This document shows positions 1 to 9,791 of a stretch of 64,000 nucleotides of DNA, piece after piece. Where the stretch lies: positions 95,414-159,413 of the forward strand of contig CAXGSM010000001.1 in NCBI GenBank assembly GCA_964012435.1. The letters run 5' to 3'. The notes beneath the pieces were generated by a model. The model worked only from the letters and a program-made list of their open reading frames with translations, was not told where the DNA came from and made no database searches. Positions within the stretch are counted from its first letter, which is position 1, and each line of letters opens with the position of its first letter. Source of the DNA: an uncultured bacterium (lineage in GTDB: Bacteria > UBP7 > UBA6624). The position numbers and the translations under genes are program-made.

Positions 1-1
1 C

Positions 2-265
2 AAAAAGATAACCTCTGATACAGATATTCCAACTATCGGCATAGGAAGTGGGCCTTTTTGCAATGGTCAAGTACTTGTATTTCATGATTTAGTCGGATGG
101 CATCATGGAAAGTTTAAATTTTTGAAAAAGCCTTTTGGCAATGTTACAAAAGAAATTAACAATGCATTAAGCTCTTATTCAGAATCTGTAAAAAAAGGCT
201 CTTATCCGAGTATTGAAGAGTCTTGGTCAGTTGCAGATGAGCTGATTCAAGATCTTGAAGAATGA
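2..265 (+). CDS. panB: 3-methyl-2-oxobutanoate hydroxymethyltransferase (PanB), C-terminal fragment cut by window edge
   Basis: Frame is open to the 5' window edge. ...DIPTIGIGSGPFCNGQVLVFHDLVGWHHG... resembles the PanB C-terminal IPxIGIGAGxxCDGQVLV block. TGA 263-265 overlaps the panC ATG (ATGA). It precedes panC-panD. Confidence 0.75.
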   Translation, partial: KKITSDTDIPTIGIGSGPFCNGQVLVFHDLVGWHHGKFKFLKKPFGNVTKEINNALSSYSESVKKGSYPSIEESWSVADELIQDLEE

Positions 266-1038
266 AAAAGAAGATTTTTGTGCCCACAATGGGATCATTG
301 CATGAAGGGCATGCTTCATTGATAAAGGAAGCTTCAAAAATTGGTGATGTTACCGTTTCGGTGTTTGTTAATCCGACACAATTTGGACCAAATGAAGATT
401 TTGAAAGTTATCCAAGAAGTAAAGAGGATGATTTCGCTTATGCTATTTCTTCAGGTGCAAAAGATGTTTGGTTCCCTACTTCAGATGAAATTTATCCAAA
501 TGGCCCTTCAGCGAGTGAGGATTCTGGTGAGCTTGGATTGATTTTAGAGGGTTCTTTCAGGCCAGGTTTTTTTGATGGGGTTTTGACTGTTGTTAAAAGG
601 TTATTCGAAATTATTGAGCCTGATATTGCTGTTTTTGGTGAGAAAGATTGGCAGCAATTAGTTTTAATTAAAGAATTTTCAAAAATATTTAATGGCCCTA
701 AGATAATGAGCGTTAAAACAAAAAGAGATAAGAATGGACTTGCTCTATCTTCCAGGAATTCTTATCTTTCCAAAAAGGGATACCTTCAATCTTTATACAT
801 ATCAAAAGCTTTATTGAAAGTCAAAACCGCTTGGGATGAAGGTTTAAGAGATGTAAGAGCATTAGAAGCAATCGGTATTGACTTTTTATCAGAAAAAATT
901 AGTAAAATTGACTACTTGGAAGTAAGACCTAGTTTTTTGTTGCCAAAATTAGATGTCTTGAACCAAGATGCTAGAGTTTTAGTTGCAGCTTGGGTTGAAG
1001 GCACTAGACTGATAGATAATGAGGAGTTGACTTTATGA
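262..1038 (+). CDS. panC: pantoate--beta-alanine ligase
   Basis: 258 aa. N-terminal PTMGSLHEGHASLI matches the PTMGxLHxGH motif of PanC. Flanked by panB and panD. Confidence 0.9.
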   Translation: MKKKIFVPTMGSLHEGHASLIKEASKIGDVTVSVFVNPTQFGPNEDFESYPRSKEDDFAYAISSGAKDVWFPTSDEIYPNGPSASEDSGELGLILEGSFRPGFFDGVLTVVKRLFEIIEPDIAVFGEKDWQQLVLIKEFSKIFNGPKIMSVKTKRDKNGLALSSRNSYLSKKGYLQSLYISKALLKVKTAWDEGLRDVRALEAIGIDFLSEKISKIDYLEVRPSFLLPKLDVLNQDARVLVAAWVEGTRLIDNEELTL

Positions 1039-1406
1039 GAGAAATGCTTAACTGTAAAATCCATGGAGGATATGTAACCAAGTCTGACCTTGATTACGAA
1101 GGTTCTTGTGGCCTTGGCCCTGACCTGCTTAAAGCTTCAGGCATTCTTCCTTTTGAGAAGATATCAGTTTTGAATGTTTCGAATGGGAAAAGAGTTCAAA
1201 CCTACGTTATTAAGGAAAAAGAAGACAGAGCTATAACTTTAAATGGAGCTGCAGCTCATTATTTCAAAAAAGATGACAAGGTTATTATTTTGTGTTATAA
1301 ATTAGAAGATGAACACTGTATCAAAGACCATAAGGCGAGAATTATCATTTTGGATTCAGATAATTCCATAAAGGAGAACTCTTTAAGAGGTTTTGATTAT
1401 GAGTAA
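1035..1406 (+). CDS. panD: aspartate 1-decarboxylase
   Basis: 123 aa. MLNCKIHGGYVTKSDLDYEGSCGL is the PanD N-terminus, including the Gly-Ser self-processing site (YEGSC). 4-nt overlap with panC. Confidence 0.9.
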   Translation: MREMLNCKIHGGYVTKSDLDYEGSCGLGPDLLKASGILPFEKISVLNVSNGKRVQTYVIKEKEDRAITLNGAAAHYFKKDDKVIILCYKLEDEHCIKDHKARIIILDSDNSIKENSLRGFDYE

Positions 1407-2382
1407 ATTTAAAGAGATTGCCAAAAGAGTCATGCTAGCTGAATCAAAAGCGATTCTTTCTGCTGCCGACCTTCTTGATAGTGGTTTTGAGGATGCTTTT
1501 AAGATCGTTATGAAATCTTCTGGTAATTTTGTCATTTCAGGAATAGGAAAATCAGGTTTGATTGGTAGGAAGATATCATCTACGCTTGCTAGCCTTGGAA
1601 CACCTAGCGTTTTCATGCATTCAGGAGAAGCTTTACATGGTGATTTAGGTTTGATTTCAGGAAATGATGTAGCTATGCTGATCTCAAATTCTGGAAACAC
1701 AACTGAAGTTCTTGGCTTAATACCTTCTTTAAAAATGAGAAAAATTCCTATAATTGCTCTTACAGGTAATTTGAATTCAACACTTGCAAAAGAGGCAGAT
1801 GCTGTTTTGAATTCTTCTGTTTTAAGAGAAGCTGATCAGCACAATCTAGCACCAACCTCCTCCACAACCGTAATGATGGCCTTAGGCGATGCTTTGGCTG
1901 TGGCTTTAGCTGAGGAGAGTGATTTTACGCCTTCAGATTTTGCGATGTATCATCCTGGAGGTTCGCTCGGCAACTCATTGTCAAAAGTTGACCAATGGAT
2001 GGTTAAAAATAACTTACCGATAGTTGACCCAGATGAAACATTGCAATCTTGCGTTATAAAGATGTCGGCAGGAAATCTTGGAGCTGTTGTCTTGGTGAAG
2101 GAAGATAAAGTAGAGGGTATATTCACAGATGGAGACTTAAGAAGGCTTTTTGAAGGAAACGATTCTTTGGATAATTTAGTATCTCAAAAGATAGCAAAAA
2201 TTGCTAACAGGAATCCAAAAACAGTAAATCACAATGATTTAGCCAGTTCGGCAATAGAAAAAATGGAATCAAATGCAATAACCGTAATGCCTGTTGTTGA
2301 TGATTGTTCTGCCTTGGTAGGTGTTATTCATTTACATAATCTTGTTCAAGCTGGTATGGGAGTAGAAAAAAATGGAAAATAA
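1393..2382 (+). CDS. kdsD: arabinose-5-phosphate isomerase (KdsD/KpsF/GutQ family)
   Basis: 329 aa. SIS domain (GIGKSGLIGRKISSTLASLGTPS) followed by two CBS repeats. ATG at 1399 (ATGAGTAA overlap with the panD stop) is an equally plausible start. Confidence 0.85.
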   Translation: MIMSKFKEIAKRVMLAESKAILSAADLLDSGFEDAFKIVMKSSGNFVISGIGKSGLIGRKISSTLASLGTPSVFMHSGEALHGDLGLISGNDVAMLISNSGNTTEVLGLIPSLKMRKIPIIALTGNLNSTLAKEADAVLNSSVLREADQHNLAPTSSTTVMMALGDALAVALAEESDFTPSDFAMYHPGGSLGNSLSKVDQWMVKNNLPIVDPDETLQSCVIKMSAGNLGAVVLVKEDKVEGIFTDGDLRRLFEGNDSLDNLVSQKIAKIANRNPKTVNHNDLASSAIEKMESNAITVMPVVDDCSALVGVIHLHNLVQAGMGVEKNGK

Positions 2383-3724
2383 ATTGAAATTTGTAGCGGA
2401 AAAAATGTGGAAAACCAGAGCTTCAGACGTTAGGGAAAGCTTGTCAAGAAGTATTTTGGTTGATGGTTATCATCTTGTTTTGGATCTTGAAAAGAGCAAA
2501 GGGTCAATTTTAGTTGATGCCTCTGACAATAAAGAATACATAGATCTTTTCAGCATGTTTGCAAGCCAGCCAATCGGTGTTAACCATAAATCTTTTTTGG
2601 ATGATGAATTTTTATTGAAGTTAGGAGTTGTTGGCTCTCATAAACCTGTTAATTCAGATGTCTACACTCAGCCTTATGCTGATTTTGTAACTGCTATGTC
2701 AAGAATTGTGACAAAAGATTACCCACATCTTTTTTTCATAGAAGGAGGCTCTTTGGCAGTTGAAAATGCTTTGAAGGTGGCTTTTGATTGGAAGATGCGT
2801 AAAAATCTCGAATCAGAAAAAGAGGTTAATGAAAACCTTCTTGCGATTGCTCATTTAGAAAAATCTTTTCATGGGAGGTCAGGCTATACGTTAAGTTTAA
2901 CAAACACTGCAGACCCTAGAAAAACAATGTTTTTTCCTAAGTTTGATTGGCCTAGACTGCCCTGCCCTGCTAGAACATTTCCAGAAACAGAAGATTCATT
3001 AGCCTCCTTGATCAAGGAAGAGGAAAATTTTATAAGCCAGCTTGATTCTTTTGAAAAAGAGAACCCAAGTCAGATAGCGGCTGTCTTGATGGAAACGATT
3101 CAGGGAGAAGGTGGAGATAACCATTTCAGAAATGAATTTTTAATGAAGGTTAGGTCTTGGTGTGATTCAAATGATGTTTTGCTTATTTTTGACGAGGTTC
3201 AGGTTGGAATGGGTATAACTGGTAATTGGTGGGCTTGGCAAGGAACCAGTGTCAAGCCCGATATTTTTTCTTTTGGCAAGAAGTCCCAAGTTTGTGGAAT
3301 AGCTGCTAGTAGTCGAATTGATGACGTTGACAATTGCTTTAAGGTAAGCAGCAGGATAAATTCAACATGGGGTGGAAATTTAGTTGATATGGTTAGGGTT
3401 ACAAAATATATAGAAATCATTGAGGATGAAGGTTTGCTTGACAACTGTAGTCAAGTAGGTTCTTTTTTACTTCAGGGTTTAAAGGATATGGCCAATGATT
3501 TTGATGGCTTAGTTAGCAATGTTAGGGGTGCTGGCCTTATGTGCGCTTTCGATTTGCCCAATGAGGAGATTAGAGATAATGTAAGGTCTCTTCTTGTTGA
3601 AGAAGGGGTTTTGATATTGGGTTGTGGAGATAAATCTTTAAGATTCAGGCCTGTTTTGGATGTTTCAAAAGATGTTATCACCAAGGCTTTAAGCTTGATA
3701 AGAAAGGTTTTAAGTAAAGTTTGA
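2372..3724 (+). CDS. lat: class-III PLP aminotransferase, L-lysine 6-transaminase-like
   Basis: 450 aa. DEVQVGMGITG...PDIFSFGKKSQVCG matches the LAT PLP-lysine block (FGKKxQVCG). N-terminal VDGYHLVLDLEKSKGS is also LAT-like. Confidence 0.7.
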   Translation: MENKLKFVAEKMWKTRASDVRESLSRSILVDGYHLVLDLEKSKGSILVDASDNKEYIDLFSMFASQPIGVNHKSFLDDEFLLKLGVVGSHKPVNSDVYTQPYADFVTAMSRIVTKDYPHLFFIEGGSLAVENALKVAFDWKMRKNLESEKEVNENLLAIAHLEKSFHGRSGYTLSLTNTADPRKTMFFPKFDWPRLPCPARTFPETEDSLASLIKEEENFISQLDSFEKENPSQIAAVLMETIQGEGGDNHFRNEFLMKVRSWCDSNDVLLIFDEVQVGMGITGNWWAWQGTSVKPDIFSFGKKSQVCGIAASSRIDDVDNCFKVSSRINSTWGGNLVDMVRVTKYIEIIEDEGLLDNCSQVGSFLLQGLKDMANDFDGLVSNVRGAGLMCAFDLPNEEIRDNVRSLLVEEGVLILGCGDKSLRFRPVLDVSKDVITKALSLIRKVLSKV

Positions 3725-4287
3725 AAGCAAAGTTTGATAAATTTTATGTAATCATTGTTGCTGTTTGCGCTTTGTCGTTTTTTATGATTAACGTTTCTTC
3801 TGGAATGTTAAAGCATCCCGAAAATGAAAAAACACTAATTGCTGAAAACCCTATTTCAGATTGTCATCTTGATGATTTTGATTACTCTGATTCGATTTTT
3901 TTAAAAGATTTTAAAGAATGTTTATCGTTGGTTTACGGATACAAGCTCACTTATTCTGACAAAATTACTTTTTTTCTTGATCAAGGTGTTGGCCTACAGG
4001 GAACTCCATCCTTGATAAAGGCTGAATATGGCAAAAGGTTTAATGTTTTAAGAGAGTTAAAAAGTGATGAAGGTATTGTGGTTGTTCAGGACGATTTTGA
4101 AATATATTTTTTTGATTCTGATGAAAATTTGAATTTTGCCAATAGTCAATTAATGAATTGGGAAAGCTTAAATGCTGTTTTTATACCATTGAAATTTTTT
4201 GATTTAGAAAGAAAAGTTCTTCTTCTGGGTTCAAACAAGGACCCTTTGGTTTTGTCTAAAAAAATAAAAGATTTAATCGAAAATTAA
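3721..4287 (+). CDS. hypothetical membrane-anchored protein
   Basis: 188 aa. TTG start overlaps the lat stop (TTGA). One N-terminal TM helix (FYVIIVAVCALSFFMINV). No family recognised. Confidence 0.5.
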   Translation: MKAKFDKFYVIIVAVCALSFFMINVSSGMLKHPENEKTLIAENPISDCHLDDFDYSDSIFLKDFKECLSLVYGYKLTYSDKITFFLDQGVGLQGTPSLIKAEYGKRFNVLRELKSDEGIVVVQDDFEIYFFDSDENLNFANSQLMNWESLNAVFIPLKFFDLERKVLLLGSNKDPLVLSKKIKDLIEN

Positions 4288-5325
4288 TTTAGCAATTTTT
4301 TCACCAGATCTTAAACCTTTACTTTGAGGATCTTGTAGTTTATGTATTTTTTTCAGAGTTTTTAGAACCGATAAGCAGCTTGCATCTTCTGAGAGGATTT
4401 CGGCTGCATGCTCCTGAGCATGCTCCTCAGCATTTGCAAATTGGTGATTGTCGTTTGTTTTTAAAGGTATCAGTATTGATTTTTTCCCAAGTGCTTTTAT
4501 CTCTGCGAGAGTGCATGCTCCTGCTCTGCAAATCACAATGTCAGAAGCGCACATCCATTCATCTAAGCTATCTGTGAATTTGTTTACTTTATAGGGGATT
4601 TTTTGCTCGTCTAAAGATTTTTTTATTTCTTCTGAACCTGATCCGCATTGCCAAAAAATGAAAATTTGAGAAAATGTTTCATTTATCCCCTTTAGGGATC
4701 TTGTTATCATTTTGTTGATTTTTTGTGAACCTTGGCTTCCCCCCGTTACACATAGCACAAAAATATTCTCTTTTATATTGAGCTTTTTTCTGATTTCTGC
4801 TTTTTTAAATTGTTTGTATCTTTTATAAACTGGAACATTGACCCCTATTGCTTTTTTGCCAAAATATTTTTGAAGTTTTTTTGAACAGAATATTTTGTTT
4901 GCGATTTTTTTCAAAATTTTATTTGCCCAACCAGGCTTGGCATTAGGCTCTATTAGTATTATTTTTTTATTCATGATTTTTGCAGCTATCAAACCTGGGA
5001 AACTTGCATAGCCACCAGTTCCTATGACTATTCCAGGGTTGAAATCTCGAATTATCTTAAAAGCTTTTGTTAATGCTAAAAAATGAAAGAATGCACTTTT
5101 GAAATTTCTTCCTGATTTTAAATTTTGATTGATGTGTTTTATTTTCTTGCTTTTTAAAACAATGGAATCTATTCTGTCTGTACCTAACCACAAAAGGTCA
5201 TGATCCACATTTTCTAGAATTGCTAGAGCTGGTGTCACATGGCCTATTGTTCCGCCTCCGCAAACAAGAACTTTTGTTTTGATTATTTTATGACCTCGTT
5301 TTTCCACACATAAAGAATTGAGCAT
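4273..5325 (-). CDS. murG: undecaprenyldiphospho-muramoylpentapeptide beta-N-acetylglucosaminyltransferase
   Basis: 350 aa. Carries the GGGTIGHVTPALAI and VTGGSQGS motifs of MurG (GT28). GTG at 5307 is an alternative start. Confidence 0.85.
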   Translation of the reverse strand: MLNSLCVEKRGHKIIKTKVLVCGGGTIGHVTPALAILENVDHDLLWLGTDRIDSIVLKSKKIKHINQNLKSGRNFKSAFFHFLALTKAFKIIRDFNPGIVIGTGGYASFPGLIAAKIMNKKIILIEPNAKPGWANKILKKIANKIFCSKKLQKYFGKKAIGVNVPVYKRYKQFKKAEIRKKLNIKENIFVLCVTGGSQGSQKINKMITRSLKGINETFSQIFIFWQCGSGSEEIKKSLDEQKIPYKVNKFTDSLDEWMCASDIVICRAGACTLAEIKALGKKSILIPLKTNDNHQFANAEEHAQEHAAEILSEDASCLSVLKTLKKIHKLQDPQSKGLRSGEKIAKLIFD

Positions 5326-6767
5326 GCAGATATTGCAGCTTTTATCCAGTGTAAGGCATTTAAGGTATTAAGCCAAGAATTGTGTTCAAGTTGTTCAAAA
5401 AGAATGAATAAAAAGAAAATGCCAATAAGGTATTTTTTTGTTTTTTTGGAAATACTGAATATGTTTTTGTTTTTCATTTCGAATTCTTTTCTCAACAGAA
5501 GTACTCCAATTGAAACTGAGATCACAGAGGAAACAGGAACTGCAGAAAGTTTGTTTTCAAAATTTCCATAGAAAAAAAATATAAGAAAAGCTATGCAACT
5601 TAAGAATTGTTTTAATTTGATTTTTATCAGTTTTTTATGTATATTTTTAGCATAACAAGCCTTTGTGAGTATTGATTCAGATATTACCAAAGGAAGAGAT
5701 ATTGCTAGTATTTTAAATATCGCAGCAACTTGAGCCGTATCATTATTCGTGAATTTTCCATATTGAAAAAGAAGCTCTGTGAAGAATCTTGATTCAAAGA
5801 AAAAATATATTGTCATTGGGATTGCCAATACAAAACCTATTCTTAATGCTTTTTCCAGCTCTTTTGAAAAATTTGATTTTGAAATTATTGAAAGTTCTGG
5901 AAGTGAAGCTTGCGCAATGCATACACCAATAAGGGAATTTGGAACCTGTATTAGTCTTGTTGAATAGTACAGCCATGATATAGACCCTGATCCCAATAAG
6001 GTTGCATAATATCGTGTTGCAATTAAAGTCAAGCTTGGGAAAATCCCTACCCCAACACCTTCAAGGTATTTTTTATCAAATTGTTGTTGATATTTGTTGT
6101 TCCAATTTATCTTAGGCCATCTTTTGCCAAGCCTAAATGCATAAAATTGAAAAACAACACCTATCCACGCACCCCATCCTGCTCCCCATGTTAACGTTTC
6201 AATAGGGTCTTTTTTTAAAAAAAGAACACATGCAATTATTGATAAATTTAATATTATTGGGGTTAATGATGCAGCCAGCATTCTTCCCTGGCTTCTCAAG
6301 ACACAGCTGGCCCATATACTGATCACTGCACCAGAAACATATCCCAAAAGTCCTTTTATAAGGCTTGAAAACATTTCAAGTTCAATATCTGACGGCTTGT
6401 AGGCAGTCAAAAAGGTTGCAATATTTTTAGAGAAGAGAGAAAGTATTACAAGTGTGGGAATTAGCATGAATACAATCTTTGTCAAAAGTGAGCCGCTTGC
6501 AGATTGGTGTTTTTCTTTGTCATTAGCGATTTTTGACATGACTGGAATTGATATCGATTCCAATGGGGTTTCAACCAAAGCTGTTTTTAATGAAGTTAAT
6601 ATTTGAAAGCTTAATGCCCAAGCATCCATTACCGAATCGCTTCCAAGTTTTAAAGCTAAAAGAAGATCCCTTGCGTATCCTGTTGCTTTACTAAATGATA
6701 TTCCTAAAAAATTTTTAAAGGCTCTTATTTCTAATTTTTTTTTCAAGCTAGTCTCTTCGTAAGGCAA
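5283..6767 (-). CDS. murJ: lipid II flippase MurJ/MviN family
   Basis: 494-aa polytopic membrane protein. The N-terminal block ...ATGYARDLLLALKLGSDSVMDAWALSF... resembles the MurJ signature. Lies adjacent to murG. Confidence 0.75.
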   Translation of the reverse strand: MPYEETSLKKKLEIRAFKNFLGISFSKATGYARDLLLALKLGSDSVMDAWALSFQILTSLKTALVETPLESISIPVMSKIANDKEKHQSASGSLLTKIVFMLIPTLVILSLFSKNIATFLTAYKPSDIELEMFSSLIKGLLGYVSGAVISIWASCVLRSQGRMLAASLTPIILNLSIIACVLFLKKDPIETLTWGAGWGAWIGVVFQFYAFRLGKRWPKINWNNKYQQQFDKKYLEGVGVGIFPSLTLIATRYYATLLGSGSISWLYYSTRLIQVPNSLIGVCIAQASLPELSIISKSNFSKELEKALRIGFVLAIPMTIYFFFESRFFTELLFQYGKFTNNDTAQVAAIFKILAISLPLVISESILTKACYAKNIHKKLIKIKLKQFLSCIAFLIFFFYGNFENKLSAVPVSSVISVSIGVLLLRKEFEMKNKNIFSISKKTKKYLIGIFFLFILFEQLEHNSWLNTLNALHWIKAAISACSILYVWKNEVIK

Positions 6768-7974
6768 CGATCGGATCTAGCTTAGAAGCTTGATTTGCTG
6801 GAATCAAGCCAAACACTAAACCTATAGCCATTGAAACTGATGCCGATATGATGAAAACTTGAACATTGAATATTGGCTCTCCTGGAAAGTCAGGTATTCG
6901 GCCTATGCCACTTATTGCACCATAGCCAAGAAGCATCCCTAAAAGACCACCCATAAAAGCTAGAGATATTGATTCAATTAAGAATTGAATTTGTATATCC
7001 CTGTTGAGTGCACCTAGAGCTTTTCTGAGCCCGATTTCACTTGTTCTTTCAGCGACAGTGACTAGCATGATGTTCATTATCCCAATACCGCCTATCAGCA
7101 ATGATATGCTTCCAATTGCAAGAAGAAACATATTGAAACCATTTATGAAACCACTGACTGTAGTGACTATTTCTCCTGAATTAAATATTCCAAAATCATT
7201 TCCTTCAGAAAATTTTATATTATGCCTTTTTCTTAACAGCTCAGTGATTTCTTGTTCTGTAAGAGCTATGTCTTTTAATGATTTAGCTTCTACATTTATT
7301 GTGCTTACACCTTTTCCTCCTGAAAAAAAGGATTTTGCTGTTGTTATTGGTATCAAGGATATTTCATCAGCACTTGAGAAACCGTCATCACCCCTTCCTC
7401 CTCCTTCTTTTGCGCTAAGAACACCAATGACTTCAAAAGATACACCCCCAAGGATAATTTTTTCACCTATTGGATCTTGTCCAGGCAGTAGTTTTTTCCA
7501 TAATCCAGGCCCTATAACAGTGACTCTCTTTTTGCCTTCTATGTCTAGTGGTGATAAAAATCTGCCTTTATCTATCTCATAAGATCTTACTGATGAATAT
7601 GCTGGCGTTACCCCTCTGACATCAACATTTAAATTTCTATTACCTACTCTTGCAATTTCTCGAGCCCCAACTTCAGGTGCTGCAAAGTTCACATGAGGAA
7701 GTTTTTCTATTTCTTCAGCATCCTCTATAGTCAGGGGTTGTACTTTTTTTCTAGTTTCAATTGAACTGTCGTAATCTCTTCCAGGCCATACAACTAAAAG
7801 ATTAGTTCCGAGTCCAGCCATGCTGTCTTCAAAGTTTTTTTTAAAACCTTCACCTACACCTGTAACTATGACAACAGAGGCAACACCAAAGGTGATACCT
7901 ATCAATGTAAGAATAGATCTAAGTGGCTTTGAGAAAATTGCCCGCATTGCAAATTTTAAATTTTCAACAATCAT
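6748..7974 (-). CDS. ABC transporter permease, MacB/FtsX type
   Basis: 408 aa. N-terminal TM helix, large periplasmic domain and C-terminal FtsX-type helices. 4-nt overlap with the upstream ATPase gene. Confidence 0.8.
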   Translation of the reverse strand: MIVENLKFAMRAIFSKPLRSILTLIGITFGVASVVIVTGVGEGFKKNFEDSMAGLGTNLLVVWPGRDYDSSIETRKKVQPLTIEDAEEIEKLPHVNFAAPEVGAREIARVGNRNLNVDVRGVTPAYSSVRSYEIDKGRFLSPLDIEGKKRVTVIGPGLWKKLLPGQDPIGEKIILGGVSFEVIGVLSAKEGGGRGDDGFSSADEISLIPITTAKSFFSGGKGVSTINVEAKSLKDIALTEQEITELLRKRHNIKFSEGNDFGIFNSGEIVTTVSGFINGFNMFLLAIGSISLLIGGIGIMNIMLVTVAERTSEIGLRKALGALNRDIQIQFLIESISLAFMGGLLGMLLGYGAISGIGRIPDFPGEPIFNVQVFIISASVSMAIGLVFGLIPANQASKLDPIVALRRD

Positions 7975-8639
7975 TTAACAATATTTCCATCTAAAATTTT
8001 TATTGTTTTGTCAGTTCTTTTTGAGATATCGGGATCATGAGTGACAAGAATAACAGTAATGCCTCTTTGTTTTTGCTCTTCCAGTATTTTTAATATCTCT
8101 TCGCCTGTTTTGCTGTCAAGGTTTCCTGTCGGTTCATCGGCGAGTATTATCTCTGGATCATTAACTAAAGATCTAGCTATTGCAACTCTTTGCATTTGTC
8201 CACCAGACAATTCATTGCTCTTGTGGTTTGCCCATCTTTTAAGTCCTACTAATTCTAAATATTTCATCGCTCTTTCTTTTTTTTGTTTATTGTTTTTTCT
8301 TGAATACGCAAGAGGCAATGAAACGTTTTCCCATGCTGTAGTTCCTTGGAGCAGATGAAAACTTTGAAAAACAAAGCCAATTTTTTGATTTCTCAAAATA
8401 GCTAATTTATTGCTATTGTGTTTGCTTATGTTTTCCCCATCTAAAAGATATTTTCCTTTTGTTGGCTTATCCAAAAGGCCTATTATGTGCATTAAGGTGC
8501 TTTTTCCAGAGCCTGAAGGTCCTATGATTGAAAGGCTCTCGCCTTTTTCTATTTTTAAATCAACTCCCCTTAGAGCCTCAAAGGATATTTTTCCTGTTTT
8601 GTAAGTTTTTGATATTTCCTTAAGTTCAATTAGGGACAT
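7971..8639 (-). CDS. ABC transporter ATP-binding protein (MacB/LolD type)
   Basis: 222 aa. Walker A GPSGSGKST, signature LSGGQMQRVAIARSL, Walker B ILADEPTGNLD. Confidence 0.9.
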   Translation of the reverse strand: MSLIELKEISKTYKTGKISFEALRGVDLKIEKGESLSIIGPSGSGKSTLMHIIGLLDKPTKGKYLLDGENISKHNSNKLAILRNQKIGFVFQSFHLLQGTTAWENVSLPLAYSRKNNKQKKERAMKYLELVGLKRWANHKSNELSGGQMQRVAIARSLVNDPEIILADEPTGNLDSKTGEEILKILEEQKQRGITVILVTHDPDISKRTDKTIKILDGNIVK

Positions 8640-8644
8640 TGTTT

Positions 8645-9790
8645 TTAGCGTCCAGGTCTTCCGCTTCTTCTTCCTGATCCAACCATTTTCATTTCCAAAT
8701 CTGCAGGAGGCCTGTTGACAACTTCATCACCAATCGACAAGCCAGATAAAATTTCAACATTTTTATCACCAACCTTTCCTACAGTAATGGATATTCTTTC
8801 AGGGTCACCCTCTTCGTTGTATTTCCAAACAAAGGTTTTAGCTCCTTCAAATATTAATGCAGTGTCTGGAAGCCCAATTGCTTCAAGGGATGAAACTACA
8901 AATCTTGCCTCTCCGGTCATTTTCGGAAGAAGTTTTTTTTCTGAATTATCTATTCTGACTTCTATCTCATAGTTAATTATGCCGCCAGATTGAATACCCA
9001 TGGGATAAACCCTGTAAAGAAAACCATTAAAATTTGAATCCGATTGACTTTGAACCTGTATGCTGCATTTCATATCTTCCTTAACACTACTAACTTCAGT
9101 CTCGTCTACAAGTCCTAAAAATTTCATTGTCTTCATATTTCCTATTACTAGTAGGCTTGTACCACCACCCATACCTCCTGTTGCAGAAGACACAGCAGAT
9201 CCTTCTTCTATGAGAAGGTTAAGCACAGTCCCATCCGCTGGAGCATATATTGTTGCATTGTTAAGTTCCTCTTGAGCTTCATTGACTCTTTCAAGAACTT
9301 CTTGTAGGTTTGCTTCTTGAATTTTTAGAGTTAGCTCCGCTCTTTTAAACCTTTCTTGAGCCTGAAGAAGTTCTTCTGCGGTTCCAAAACCTTTATCAAC
9401 TAATTCTTCTGTTCTTGACATATTTCTTCTTGCTGATTCCAGTTCTAATTTTGATGATTCCAAACTCGCTTCTGACGAGGTCTTTGTTGCTAGAGCTTGA
9501 TTCAATCTTGAATTTAAAAGCTTTTGGTCAAGCCTTATAAGCTCTTGGCCTTTTACAACATTATCTCCTTTTTCAACAAGAACTTCTGAAACAAGTCCGG
9601 AGGCTTCACTTTTTACCTCAACTTGAACAAGTGGCTCTATTGAGCCATATGCAACAACTGTCCTTTCAAGAGAAATATTTTCAACAGATATTCTTTCCAA
9701 TGTAGAAAAATCGAATTTTTCTCCCTTTTCCCATGGGCTTGAGCATGAGGATAAGGCCAAAATGAAAATAATAAATAATTTGTTTTTCAT
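8645..9790 (-). CDS. efflux periplasmic adaptor (HlyD/MacA family) lipoprotein
   Basis: Lipoprotein signal MKNKLFIIFILALSSC, long coiled-coil hairpin, beta-rich C-terminus. The ORF is open to 9820. ATG 9790 is preferred because it does not overlap the upstream gene. Confidence 0.8.
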   Translation of the reverse strand: MKNKLFIIFILALSSCSSPWEKGEKFDFSTLERISVENISLERTVVAYGSIEPLVQVEVKSEASGLVSEVLVEKGDNVVKGQELIRLDQKLLNSRLNQALATKTSSEASLESSKLELESARRNMSRTEELVDKGFGTAEELLQAQERFKRAELTLKIQEANLQEVLERVNEAQEELNNATIYAPADGTVLNLLIEEGSAVSSATGGMGGGTSLLVIGNMKTMKFLGLVDETEVSSVKEDMKCSIQVQSQSDSNFNGFLYRVYPMGIQSGGIINYEIEVRIDNSEKKLLPKMTGEARFVVSSLEAIGLPDTALIFEGAKTFVWKYNEEGDPERISITVGKVGDKNVEILSGLSIGDEVVNRPPADLEMKMVGSGRRSGRPGR

Positions 9791-9791
9791 T

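Noticed and set aside
341-541. Small same-strand out-of-frame ORFs inside genes, for example 341-541 in panC and 44990-45232 in glyA.
   Set aside because: They are embedded in conserved coding frames, have no motifs and show no independent translation signals.
4406-4433. A 12-nt near-tandem repeat, GCATGCTCCTGA/GCATGCTCCTCA/GCAT, inside murG.
   Set aside because: It is in frame and encodes a short EHAQEHAAE duplication in the MurG C-terminal region. This is trivial slippage with no sign of regulatory or mobile function.
7004-7582. Long antisense ORFs inside well-supported genes. Examples: 7004-7582 in the MacB-like permease, 1383-1700, 21107-21487 in dnaE, 30451-30825, 42293-42727, 37273-37596, 8041-8358 and 34758-35075.
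   Set aside because: They lie entirely opposite genes with strong family motifs. Their translations are low-complexity, Ser/Leu/Phe-rich and carry no motifs. They are shadow ORFs of the kind expected in AT-rich DNA.
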